This document shows, piece by piece, positions 1-11,230 of a stretch of DNA of 64,000 nucleotides. Each line of letters starts with the position of its first letter. The first letter of the stretch is position 1. A model generated the notes under the pieces. That model was not told the DNA's origin. It did not search any database and worked only from the letters and a program-made list of their open reading frames with translations. The translations under genes were made by a program, and so were the position numbers. Source of the DNA: Octopus vulgaris (lineage: Eukaryota); the NCBI GenBank assembly GCA_951406725.2, contig OX597833.1, positions 28,768,001-28,832,000 of the forward strand, read 5' to 3'.

Positions 1-109
1 TCTCTTCCATCCTTCTTTCTATCAATCCAGCCATCAATGGCCACAAGGAACTGATGTTTGGCATCGAAATGATAAGTCTCCATTTAACCATTCAGTTGTC
101 TATCAACTT

Positions 110-239
110 GGTAATCACTCTCTCTCTCTCCCCCTCTCTTTTTCTATCTCCCTCTCTCTCTCTTTATTTCTCTCACTCGCTCTCTTTCCATATGTACTTA
201 AAGACACACACATGGATTTATATATACATTTATACAAAT

Positions 240-289
<50 letters not shown>

Positions 290-470
290 GCATATATATA
301 TACATTCATATACATATGTATTTGTATATATGTACATATATATTACATACCTCCACATATACGTGTTCGTTTCTCTTTCTCTTTCTCTCTCTCTGTGGTA
401 TTGTAGAGGATACACACACACACACATACACACACACATACAAACACAAACACACAAATACACACACATA
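110..470. repeat. Compound microsatellite (CT)n/(CA)n/(TA)n
   Basis: Dinucleotide runs visible directly. The overlapping ORFs are repeat translations. Confidence 0.95.
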
Positions 471-839
471 TTACCATTAAGCTGAAATTTCCAGAACAAT
501 AGTTAATCTATCATACACCTACACACATCTGTAGAGATCTTTGTCAACAGACAACCCACACATATTTCTTTCATAGATCCATACTAACAAACTAAGGACG
601 AGTCCATTCACCTCAGTCTACTTCTCTTCTCGTCTTTTGCGTGTTTCATTTGCTGCACAGCGAAAACGGCTTTAATTCTTCTATAAATATTTCTCTTCAG
701 AAAAACATTTTCGACGCCTAAATTTAGTAACTGAATTTTAAAACATGCACATACAACACAACACATACACAAGCAGCCAGGTATATAGACATGCAATTTC
801 TTTTCACATGTTCGCGGTTTATAAGCAAATCCTAGAGTC

Positions 840-1700
840 GGGTGTAGATGTTGATTCATCGTTTGGTTAGACAGATACAGTATATAGATTTCCACGAGAT
901 AGAGAAACAAGTGTGTAGCTGTTAACTGAATAGATAAACTCAGTATGAACATGTTCTCTTGAAAAATAGACACAGTAATGTAGATAGACTTTCTGTACAA
1001 TGTTGATTAAATACCTTGATAAAGAGTTTAAATTTTAACCGATTATTTGTAGATGTTGCTTTATGTGTAGGTTGTACATAGGTGTTGACTGTATGGTTAG
1101 ACAGAGTGCGCAGATTGTCACTGGATACGGACCGTAGCTCTTAACATGTGTAGATGATAATTGGGGAGATGATCGACATAGTGTGTTGTTGGTAACTGTA
1201 TAAATTGACAGATCCAGTGTATAGCTGGCGAGTGGAAAAGGAGATACAGTGCGTAGTTATTGGCTGAAAAGATAGACACAATTTATAGATGTTGATTGTA
1301 TCGAAAAACAAAGCCAGATCACAATTTTGTAGACTATTGGGCAAGAAGCAGTGTGAAGCAAGATGTGACTTTGTCTTTGAAGGCGCTTGTGTTAGCAGAG
1401 GCCCCGAGGCTCCAGCGCCTAAAGCCCATGCCTTAATCCAGCACAGGATAGACACAGTGTGTATGTAGATCAGGCATGGGCAACCTTTTTCGAGAAGCAA
1501 ACCAAATGAAACATGACTCATCATCAGGCGGACTGCACTACTAAAAGCATTCAAAGTAATTTTTCGTTAGGCATGCTAATCAGAAAGTCTCGCAGGCCGC
1601 ATTTTGCCCATGACTGCTGTAAGTGTTGACTGTATACATAAGCAGAGTACACAAAGTGAGTAGGTATTGATGTTATACAAAGTGCGTATATATTAAAAGT
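840..1700 (+). repeat. Degenerate ~30-40 bp minisatellite array (consensus approx. GTGTGTAGATGTTGACTGAATAGATAGACACA)
   Basis: Recurrent gtagatgttga / tagacaca / actgaatagata motifs. The same unit recurs at 31950-32620. Confidence 0.7.
1471..1616. mobile_element. hAT/Charlie-like MITE
   Basis: Imperfect TIRs CAGGCATGGGCAA ... TTGCCCATGACTG. The left flank ATGTAGAT fits the Charlie-type NTNTANAN target. A related partial copy lies at 32464-32585. Confidence 0.7.
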
Positions 1701-2249
1701 TTTGGGAGAAGATAGTTTCTGTTGTTTCTCATCCAAAATGACTTTGTCAGAATAAACCTATGATTCAAAGGCATTCAAGTGGTACAAATACCAAAAGAGG
1801 AAACGCAACATTTAGAATGCAGTTTTGGTACCAATTAACGTTTCTTGTAAATTAGTGCTTCTACTGGAGCCTTAGGTGTGTTTTATGACTTTATTTGTCG
1901 CAATGCTTAATGAAAAGGGAGAAAGAATTGTAGTATCCCAGAAGACCCACCTCAGTGGTGTAACGTGGGATATGGTGTGTGTGCTGGGTTTGCAAAGTGT
2001 GTGAACCATACAAAGAACCCCTTTATATACATGTGTTTGCTTTATTCGAAGGAACATTACGTTTGAGTGGAGGTGGTCAATTTGATTACCTTATAAAGCG
2101 GCCAAATCTCATACTACGCCATTAATCCACCTCGTATCAACTTCACTGTTCGTTATATTACAAACTTCAGTCGGTAGATGTCGGTAGATGCTTTCATTCT
2201 GAGGGTTGCTGTGCATGAGCAGGACAGCATTGCTGTTGTAGCTAAGCCG

Positions 2250-3010
2250 CGAGCAGCTCAGTTCTGCTGTTAATAATACGTGATTTGTTCATACTAATGA
2301 TGATGGCTTCTTTTATTCTTAAGTTCCCAATGTTTCGTTCTATGGCGTCAATGGAAACCTGAATATCGGAAATGATATTTTCGTAGTGTTTTCTGATGGA
2401 ACACACATTAGCGTTGAAGTGTTCTTTAACCCGTTTGTGTATTTATCTGACAGTACGGCCGATGTAAGATTCATTACATTTACTATATGTTATTTTATAG
2501 GAGAGAAGGCCGGAAAGTGCCGGTCGCATATTCAGTCCCCATTCCACAGACTACACGGCAGATTGCAGCAGTTATTGTCTCGTTAAAATGTGACAGTTTA
2601 AAAAAACACGTTATTTTTTAATGTGGGGTTTTGTTAGGATGGTTAATGATTCCTGGTATTCTCAATAGAGGTTTATCGGAATTGCATGGTTTGGGTTTTT
2701 GCGTCATTTGCTTCGCTGCCTTTCGTGCGTATTCTATGGATCTCATATCTTATATAGGTCGTCTTAGTTCTGATGAATAGGGATGAATTATAATGCACAA
2801 ATAGGCCCTTTAATGCCACTTTTCTGTGACAGTTAGTAGAGATAGACACCTTCTCTGTGGTTTTGTGTTCAAAATGAAACAGACAAGGAACTGGTCTTAC
2901 TGGGGCATTCCACTTCAAATGGATCACTAAAAAAGCAGGGTGCTGAATACCTGTCGTTGCAGCAGTTTTCCAGGTGTGTAGGTGACATCATTACATTAAC
3001 AGTCTCCCGC
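2250..3010 (-). mobile_element. Decayed Penelope-like retroelement fragment (RT C-terminus/thumb plus GIY-YIG endonuclease)
   Basis: Minus-strand translation gives YKITYSKCNESYIGRTVR*IHKRVKEHFN (2410-2500), then LRIKEAIII...INSRTE. Upstream are HRKVALKGLFVHYNSS...RYEIHRIR and FEVECPSKTSSLS. Stops and frameshifts present. Confidence 0.8.
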
Positions 3011-3680
3011 GAGGAGGCCATTAAAACACACCATATATTCAATAACATTGATGAACACGTGAAATTTGGAGAGTGAGTGAGGTAATGCAGGTGGGGGTAG
3101 ATTACAGGAATGGGAAGAGATTTCATGGTAGGGTTCAACGGTAGGAGGACAAAGAATAGTGAAAGTAAAGGTGGACAGATGCAAGTATTTCGAGAGATAG
3201 GGGAGAAAATGGTAGGAAGCGTTGTGAATAAAGTGAGAGGCTGACAGAAAAGTGTAGAAGAAATAAGGAGAGTATATAAATGGGGGATAGGAAGTTCAGG
3301 GTGTGGAGAGAGTAGGTCCCAGAGGAGTATAGAAGGTGGTGTATAGAATGGTGTATAAAGGAGGGTGGTGTATAGAACGAGAATGGGAGAGTTGTAGAAA
3401 ATGGTGAGAGCGAGTGACAAAAGAGTGTTGGAAGAATGTCGAAGAGGGTGGTGTACAGAGACTGAGAGAAAGGTGAAGTAAATATAGAGAGAGAACACAA
3501 GAGAAGTATAGAAGAGAAGAGAGGTTGGTGTATGCTTAAAAAGAATAACAGAGGGAGATGAAATGTAGAAAGTGAATGGGCGCAAGAGCTTACGTTAAAG
3601 ATTCCGGTGACCAAAATAGCTATGCAGACACTCTAAGGTGTGAATATTTTTACGTTCGAAAAATTTCAATCATCAACTAC

Positions 3681-3847
3681 TAGGCGTAGGAGTGGCTGTG
3701 TGGTAAGTAGCTTGCTTATGAACCACATGGTTCCGGGATCAGTCCCACTGCGGGGCACCTTGGGTAAGTGTCTTCTACTACAGCCTCGGGCCGACCAAAG
3801 CCTTGTGTGTGGATTTGGTAGACGGAAACTGAAAGAAGCCCGTCGTA

Positions 3848-3920
<73 letters not shown>

Positions 3921-4147
3921 GTATGTGTGTGTGTGTGTGTGTTTGTGTGTCTATGTTTGTTCCCCCCAACTTCTCTTGACAACCGATGCCGGTATTTTTA
4001 CGTCCCCGTAACTTAGCGGCTCGGCAAAAGACACCCGATAGAATAAGTACTAGGCTTACAAAGAATAAGTCCTGGGGTCGATTTGCTCGACTAAAAGGCG
4101 GTGCTCCACCATGGCCACAGTCAAATGACTGAAACAAGTAAAAGAGT
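3681..4147 (+). mobile_element. tRNA-derived SINE, family A, full length, with internal microsatellite
   Basis: Head GGCGTAGGAGTGGCTGTGTGGTAAG with A-box-like and B-box-like motifs, internal (TA)n(TG)n, tail GGCGGTGCTCCACCATGGCCACAGTC...GAAACAAGTAAAAGA. Close copy at 55504-55905. Confidence 0.9.
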
Positions 4148-4262
4148 ACTGTTGGTATTGCTATTGTTTCAATATAGGGCTGTTGTAGCTGTTTTGCTGT
4201 GTTGGTTAATAGTTATCTTTGTTATAATTGTCGCTACTTTCTGTTAGTTTTAACTGTAACAT

Positions 4263-4316
<54 letters not shown>

Positions 4317-4444
4317 TGTATGCATGCATGCATCCATCTACAAATATGTAAACTTTACAAGGCCATTATTTGAATTGTCTGATCCGGGAATTATTTTCCC
4401 TGACCTGACCATGCTTCACCGAGGTGTTCTATTGGCTTCAAATT

Positions 4445-4637
4445 CTGGCACAAAGCCAGCAATTTCAAGGAAGTGGGTAAATCGATTTCATCACTCCCTG
4501 ACAATTATTTTATCGACTTCCGAAACGATGAAAAGTATAGTCGACCTTGGTTGAATTTGAACTCTGAACGTAAGGACGGGCAAAATGCCGCTAAGCATTC
4601 TGCCTGCCATGTTAACGATTCTGCCTGTTCACCACCT
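4445..4637 (-). mobile_element. SINE family B copy
   Basis: Reverse complement matches the family motif GCAGAATCGTTA...GAGTTCAAATTC...AGGTCGACT seen at 16575-16790. Confidence 0.75.
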
Positions 4638-4717
4638 TAAACCAAAGAGTTCTATTAAGATCAGAACATGTCTGAAGATCTCACCTTCGCTGCCAGCGAT
4701 CAGACTCATTCCCTCAT

Positions 4718-4878
4718 TTATTCTTTTATTCTTTTACTTGTTTTAGTCATTTGACTGTGGCCATGCTGGAGCACCGTCTTTAGTCGAGCAAATCGACCCC
4801 AGGACTTATTCTTTGTAAGCCTATTACTTATTCTATCGAGTGTCTTTTGCCGAATCGCTAAGTTACGGGGACGTAAAC
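4718..4878 (-). mobile_element. SINE family A, 3' half
   Basis: Reverse complement of 3999-4147. Confidence 0.85.
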
Positions 4879-5022
4879 GTATATCTCCATTCAATTTTTC
4901 ATGTGTCCTCTTCTTTTCCCCTTTGGAGAATAATTTCACTAATGCAAATGACGTTTTTCTCATTACGTTTATAATATCACTCAAAAATTATTTTCGTCTT
5001 CTTTAAGTGTTGCAGTCTGCAT

Positions 5023-5061
<39 letters not shown>

Positions 5062-5334
5062 GCAGCAGCAGCAACAGCAGTACACACATACATATCAGAA
5101 AGAGATGGGGAAGAAACGGGCAGACTAGTTCAGCATAAGGCTTTCCCCACTCTTTCCCCACTTCACACATACACAGACTACATGTCAATGTCCCAAAGAG
5201 CATTGCCATTACATTTTCCATGTATGACCGTCTTAAAAGTGTCTACAGACAGAGGAAGCCTGAATCAGACGCCCACCCAAATAGACCTAAGTCTTGGGTG
5301 GCCTGACCACTCTGAGCTAGTGAGATGGAACAAC

Positions 5335-5620
5335 ACTAGTGTTAGTAGCAGCAGCAGTAGTAGTAGTAATAGTAGTAGTAGTTGTAGTAGTAGTAGTAGC
5401 AGTAGTATTAGTAGTGGTGGTGATGGTAGTAGTAGTGGTCGTAGTGGTGATGATGGTGGCTGTAGTGATTGTGGTGGTAGTAGTAGTAGTGGTGGTGGTG
5501 GTGGGGCAGCGGTGTAGTCATGGTGCTAGTGAAGATAAAGAAGTTGGTAGTGATGGACATGTGTGTAGGCATCATCAGGTTCGGGATGATGATGAAGTTG
5601 ATTGTAGTTGCAGCGATGGT
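5335..5620. repeat. Degenerate trinucleotide repeat (TAG/TGG/GAT)n
   Basis: Visible directly. Confidence 0.85.
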
Positions 5621-6162
5621 GTAAGTGGCATTTGTGTTTCTCAAGTTAAAAGCTGGACAAATAACCTCTTCAGTTACCTTTTCCTCTCCTCATTATCTTC
5701 ATATCGTCAAATATGACACGGTATTCCTCACACCGGATTCTTTCCTCCTCGTTCTACCCCGCTAACTCTAACCATAATCCTAACTTTAATCCCCCCCACC
5801 CCCGACTCCACTCTCTTTCCCTTAACTCTCTCTCCTTTCACTTACCCCTCCCCTTCCTCTTACTCAACTCCCCTTTTCCCTAACCCACTCTCCTTCCGGT
5901 AACCCTAGCCACTTCCCTCTCACACCACCCTACTTCTACTTGATCCAAAATTCTGTCCCCATTCTCCTTCCGCCATCTTACGCTTCTTTCTTTACTCTTC
6001 TTACACCCCCACACTCCCCTGTCAATCACGTTCTTCATTTTCTTTTTTTAACCAATGACCTTTGAAGGTCCTCCAAGACACGAGAGATTGGAACAGTTAA
6101 TGCCCCTGTTGCCATAATTCTCAGGTGAACTGGGCTGGTACTTTTTGTATCAATCTTGAAAG

Positions 6163-6258
<96 letters not shown>

Positions 6259-6287
6259 ATTGTTGTTGTTGTTGTTGTTGTTGTTGT
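6163..6287. repeat. (TTA)n(TTG)n microsatellite at the 3' end of a LINE
   Basis: Visible directly. Confidence 0.95.
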
Positions 6288-6289
6288 TT

Positions 6290-7567
6290 GACTTTTTGCT
6301 TTGTATTTATACAAGTTGGCTCCAAGTCTCAACCAGAGACCTCAAGAGACAACAAGTTAGAAGTTCATGCTAGTGTTATGCCTAGGGTGTCATATATTTG
6401 GTTTTGTACATAGTATTGTTGTAGAGAATGTTAAAGAAAGCATAAGAAAATTATGAGTTTGTTTTAAAATTTGAGACTACATAGACGGTATTTTAGGTTG
6501 GATATGGGCAGTTCCCATGAGCACTATCTTGAATTTCTGCCATTTTGGAGTTTTCTGGTATCTGAGCTAGGTAGCAATCAGCCCCTTTTGCTATCATTCC
6601 TAAGGCACCTATGACAATAGGTATTGTTTTATTCTTAAGGTTCCACATTTTGCCAATTTCTATTTCAAGATCTTTATACTTGCTCAGTTTCTGGTAGGTC
6701 TTGACATATACATTTATATCGATTGGGTCAGTCATATCAATGAGGAAGCATGATTTTTGTCAGAAGTCTTTCAATATAATGTTTGGCATCTATCTTTTTG
6801 TCAGTTTGTTCTAGAGGAGTGAGATGTGATCATTTTCAAGCACTGGAGGTGATTTGTGTTCCTACCAGTTTTTTTTTATTTTGGGGCAGGTTCAGGTTTT
6901 TGCAAATTACCCAGTGAATATATTGTGCTGCTCTATCATGCCTGTGAGATACTCTGTAGGTGCAAGAAGACTGCACATAGAGACAACATGATCGATGGTT
7001 TCGTTTTGTTGTTGACATACACGACATGGGCTACTGCTGTTCTTTAATATGTTGGCCTGGCAGTTTCTTGTAGGTAGACATTGATATTGGGCTGCTATGA
7101 TAAACCTTTGTGTTTCAGATTTTAAGCCAGAAGCCACAAACCGTTGATGGGTAAGGGCTTTGTCAACCTCGGCACTATTAGTTCTCTTTGGGTATTTGCC
7201 ATTGAGAGGTTTTTCTTGCCATTTATCAGTAAGAATATCTAAGGCAGCAGTTTTAGTACGGGTTTTCTTATGCTTAGCTTTTTCTGTGCTTGTTTCTAGT
7301 ACGACTCATTCTGGAATTTGTTGTATTTGGAATTCACTTTGATATTCCTTTGTCTGTTTTATTACTGAGTATAATGTTTTCTTGTTTCATGCTTTGAGAC
7401 AAGTTTTAACATCCAGTCATCAGAGTTTTTCAGATAGGTGTCTCGGCCAATTGTGGCAATCTTTATTGTTAATTCCAGTTGTAAAAGTCTACGGCCACCC
7501 TCTTTTCTTGGCAGGTAAAGTCGTTCTATATCTGCCTTAGGGTGATGCATTCATTGCATTGTCAACA

Positions 7568-7568
<1 letters not shown>
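6290..7568 (-). mobile_element. 5'-truncated R4/Dong-type non-LTR retrotransposon (RT C-terminus, CCHC knuckle, restriction-like endonuclease)
   Basis: Fragments MHHPKADIERLYLPRKEGGR, CRVCQQQNETIDHVVSMC, RHDRAAQYIHW and KYKDLEIEIGKMW...IPIVIGALG. TAA-type repeats flank both sides. Confidence 0.85.
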
Positions 7569-7634
<66 letters not shown>

Positions 7635-7635
<1 letters not shown>

Positions 7636-8237
7636 AGACGTCGCACAATATACAATTTTATGAGGTTGTTGATTGAAGAGATTGTATCTACCGGGGGTTT
7701 GTACTGTTTGTCAAGTCACAGCAAGGATCTCAAACAGACAGTTCTTTAAGAACTGTCTATTTGAGATCCTTGCTGTAATATGCGTGCAGTTCCAAGTAAT
7801 GCCGACTTTTGCAATAAGGTTTTCAGAAGTTTTTTCAGATTGGGTGGTATTAAACCCAATGACAATAGGAATAGCCTTATGTTTGACTCTCGTAGCTGCC
7901 GCGTCTTAACGATCTCAGTTATTAGGTCTCCATATTTATCAACCTTCTTCTTTCATGATGATATGTTGATCTCTTGGCATTGCCATGTCAATTATTAGGC
8001 ACCCTTGTTTGTCCCTACTAAAACTTACTATCTCCGGCCTTCTGTGCTCTAACACCCTGTCTGTCTGGAAATCGCAGTCCCAGAAGATCTTTGCCTTCCC
8101 CTTTTTCTTCCATTATGTTCTCGGGTGTATGTTGGTACCAAGCACCCGTAACCTCATATCCATACTTATGGCATATTAGCCAGTGGAGGTTTTGGGCTAT
8201 CTTGTCGTGTCTACGCTTGTACTCTTTCTGCGCAAGA

Positions 8238-8238
<1 letters not shown>
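7635..8238 (-). mobile_element. Second R4/Dong-type 3' fragment (RLE domain)
   Basis: Minus strand gives AQKEYKRRHDKIAQNLHWLICHKYG...IFWDCDFQTDRVLEHRRPEIV...CLIIDMAMP and IPIVIG. Bounded by (TTA)n at 7570-7632 and 8239-8400. Confidence 0.85.
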
Positions 8239-8288
<50 letters not shown>

Positions 8289-8318
8289 CATTATTATTAT
8301 CATTATTATTATTATTAA

Positions 8319-8384
<66 letters not shown>

Positions 8385-9269
8385 CATTATTATTATTATT
8401 GTGGATGATATCTCAAAACAAAGCAGTGTCGAACTGCCGAAGACTTTGTCTTTGCCTTCACCATTGTAACAAGAGAGAACGTGTTAAGTGAATTTCCCCG
8501 ACTAAGAAGCGAAACTGCATCACAAATAAAACTACTGACTCTCCGACAAGTAACTATCACAGTACAGCGCGTGCAGGTGGATGATATGAGAGAAAAACAT
8601 GTCGGTGATATTACAAAAATTGTTTTGTATTTAAACATACTGACATGTAAAACAAAGCGATGATATTTTCCACATTGGATATTTACAGATTCCACAAGCC
8701 ATATCATCTTACATTATCATATTAATAAATGTAATGCCTGTTAACGGTCATTCAACCTGCTTTGTGCAGCATCAACCGGGTTAGATTCCAGTAGGTGGCG
8801 CCGTGACGTGAGGTCACCAGTGGGATATTGCCTTGGTGAAGCGAACGTTGAGGAAGATGTTTAAGACTTAAGCTCTCAGTCATAATACAGACGTTAGTAT
8901 TTTATTCCAAATATACAGCAACGATCTATTTTCTTCAATACACTTAGTAGCTTATTCTCAGTATATAACTAATTTATAGTATATACCTTGTAGTTTATGT
9001 TTTGCTGCCTCTTCAACAATCGTTTTTAACTTTTTAGTGACCTATATCAGAAGTCGTAAGTTTCATTGTAACTAAAACATGAAAATTAGTGAATATAGAA
9101 TACAATTACGTATATTATAACTAATGAAATATTTTGCATAATATAAAAGTAATGAGCTAAAAATTGTTTGGTTTGTGTCACGGTGCCTTTTTTTCTGTGC
9201 TCGCTCCTCCTAACTTTAGAACCTGGCTACCCCTCTGATATATATGTAAATCTCTAAATGTAAATTTTG

Positions 9270-9386
9270 TATTATTTGATTCTCTGAAGAAATGCTAATA
9301 GAAGATTTCTTATATGTTTATCCTACATGTACAATTTTGTAATTTGTATTAGCAAACAAAACATGTGTAATGGTGAATAAATAATA
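9270..9386 (+). ncRNA. Degenerate type-I hammerhead motif, probably inactive
   Basis: CTGAAGA at 9284, stem II TGCTAATA/TATTAGCA, then AAAA-CATGT-GTA in place of GAAA-CATGT-GTA. Stem I is offset. Confidence 0.45.
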
Positions 9387-9561
9387 CTAAAATCTTTTCC
9401 AATCTCCTTTTTTCATACATAATTACTCTGCAAAAAATATTTCCTAAATGTTCAACTCTTATGCGTATAACAACTACACACGGAATTGGAATATTGGAAT
9501 AAGCAGATGTGTTTCAAGAGGACAAATCTTTGATTTGAACTCTACTTACATAATACACACA

Positions 9562-9636
<75 letters not shown>

Positions 9637-10045
9637 TCATACATACACACTTATATACCTTAAGTTCAAACAAACGATATTGAGCATTAACAGATAGAAT
9701 TAAAATATTTTTGTATAAATTCATTCGTATTAATACAAAATCCTATTTTACCATAAGAAAAACAAAATGCAGAGTGATATATGAAGGTGCATCACACACA
9801 TACGCACATACACAGGCATATACACACATACACACGCACGCATGCGTGCGTACAAACACACACACACACACACACACAAGCGCACATTCAGCCAAAGAGG
9901 GAGCCTTTCTGTCAATATTTCTCAGTTCGCACACTATTATCCTTAAAAATTATGGACACGTTGGCCAATATAGTTCTGGATATATAAGAATGTCTGGATA
10001 ATTATGAGTCTACTCGATTAGGGCTAACCTATAAATAAACACGTA

Positions 10046-10345
10046 GAGGCACATGGCCTAGTGGTTAGAGCAGTGGATTTGCGGTCGAGGGATCGCGGGT
10101 TCGAATTTCAGTCCAGGCGATGTGTGTGTTTATGAGCGAAACACCTAAGCTCCACGCGGCTCCGGCAGAAGGTAATGGCGAACTTCTGCAGACTTTTTCG
10201 CCACGACTTTCTCTCACTCTTTCCTCCTGCATCTTGCAGCTCACCTGCGACAGACCGGCGTCCCGTTCAGGTGGGGAGCCTATACGCCAAGAAACCGGGA
10301 GACCGGCCCTTATGAGCCAGGCATGGCTCGAGAAGGAACAAACAA
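10046..10345 (+). mobile_element. tRNA-derived SINE, family C
   Basis: A box TGGCCTAGTGG and B box GGTTCGAATT. The head is shared with 41354-41665. Confidence 0.85.
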
Positions 10346-10743
10346 TAAACACAATACAAACACGTACATGCATAGTCTGTAGAAAATGTGGACGTGAGAG
10401 ATAACAGCAGTAAATTACATGTAATAGTTGTCTTTATTTTCTACGTAGCACTCGAAGTATAGATCTCTACCATCTTATATCGCACCATAATTAATGAAGT
10501 TAAATGACATTTGTTCAGTCCCCAAATTTTGCAATTACAGTTTTGATGGTACAACAATTCCTGGGCAAAATACTTCATAAGCTCTCTCTTTGCACACCAG
10601 GCTAACGATATTGTTTAGACTAATAAAGGACTCGAAGTATTCTTATGGTAAGATCCGAGGTTATAGTTTATCACCATTCTATATTGTAAATCTGTGTTTG
10701 CGCTCCAGTTACACAGAGTGATATACAAGACAAAATGGAAATA

Positions 10744-11015
10744 ATGGTCATTACATATTTTTCCTTTATTGGAGTAAATTTGGCTTACAGCTGTTTCCAG
10801 TAATCGTTATAGGTTTGTTACTGATTAGGTTTCTCAAGTGATCAGTTGTTTAAGTTTAATACCTATAAAATTAATGCTATTTTTAGGTAGATCAACTTTT
10901 CTCAACTAATCAATAGACCAATTAAGTAAACCTATCAGTAACGAACCTATAATGACAACTGGAAACAGCTGTAAGCCAAATTTACTACAATAAAAAAAGA
11001 ATATGCAATGACCAT
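10744..11015. repeat. Fold-back inverted repeat (arms 10744-10832 and 10928-11015) containing GAAACAGCTGTA
   Basis: The arms are diverged reverse complements. The right arm abuts (TA)n. Confidence 0.85.
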
Positions 11016-11016
11016 A

Positions 11017-11061
<45 letters not shown>

Positions 11062-11230
11062 TAAGTAGGTGAATATATATATATATATATATACATACAT
11101 AAGTAGGTGAATGAATTATCCTATGTTTATTGTCAGCATGGAAAATTCGTTTAACCGAAACCTGGGTAGCAAATTCACGTCAGAAAACACGGTTGAAGCG
11201 ACCTGTCAAGGGTAGAAATTTATGTGTTGT

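Noticed and set aside
611-680. Minus-strand AG...GT bounded micro-exon
   Set aside because: The acceptor lacks a pyrimidine tract and no recognisable peptide or partner exon was found.
1488-1535. Minus-strand CTGATGA...CTC-GAAA inside the hAT MITE
   Set aside because: No stem I or stem III, and the motif is not conserved in the homologue at 32464.
2869-3614. 238-aa and 159-aa hydrophobic ORFs as membrane proteins
   Set aside because: They arise from a purine/pyrimidine-skewed low-complexity tract. Only the last ~40 aa overlap the PLE RT remnant.
5755-5910. Interstitial telomeric (CCCTAA)n
   Set aside because: Only scattered degenerate units in C/T-rich low-complexity sequence.
10046-10120. 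tRNA gene
   Set aside because: A and B boxes are present but there is no cloverleaf or poly-T terminator, and it continues into a SINE body.
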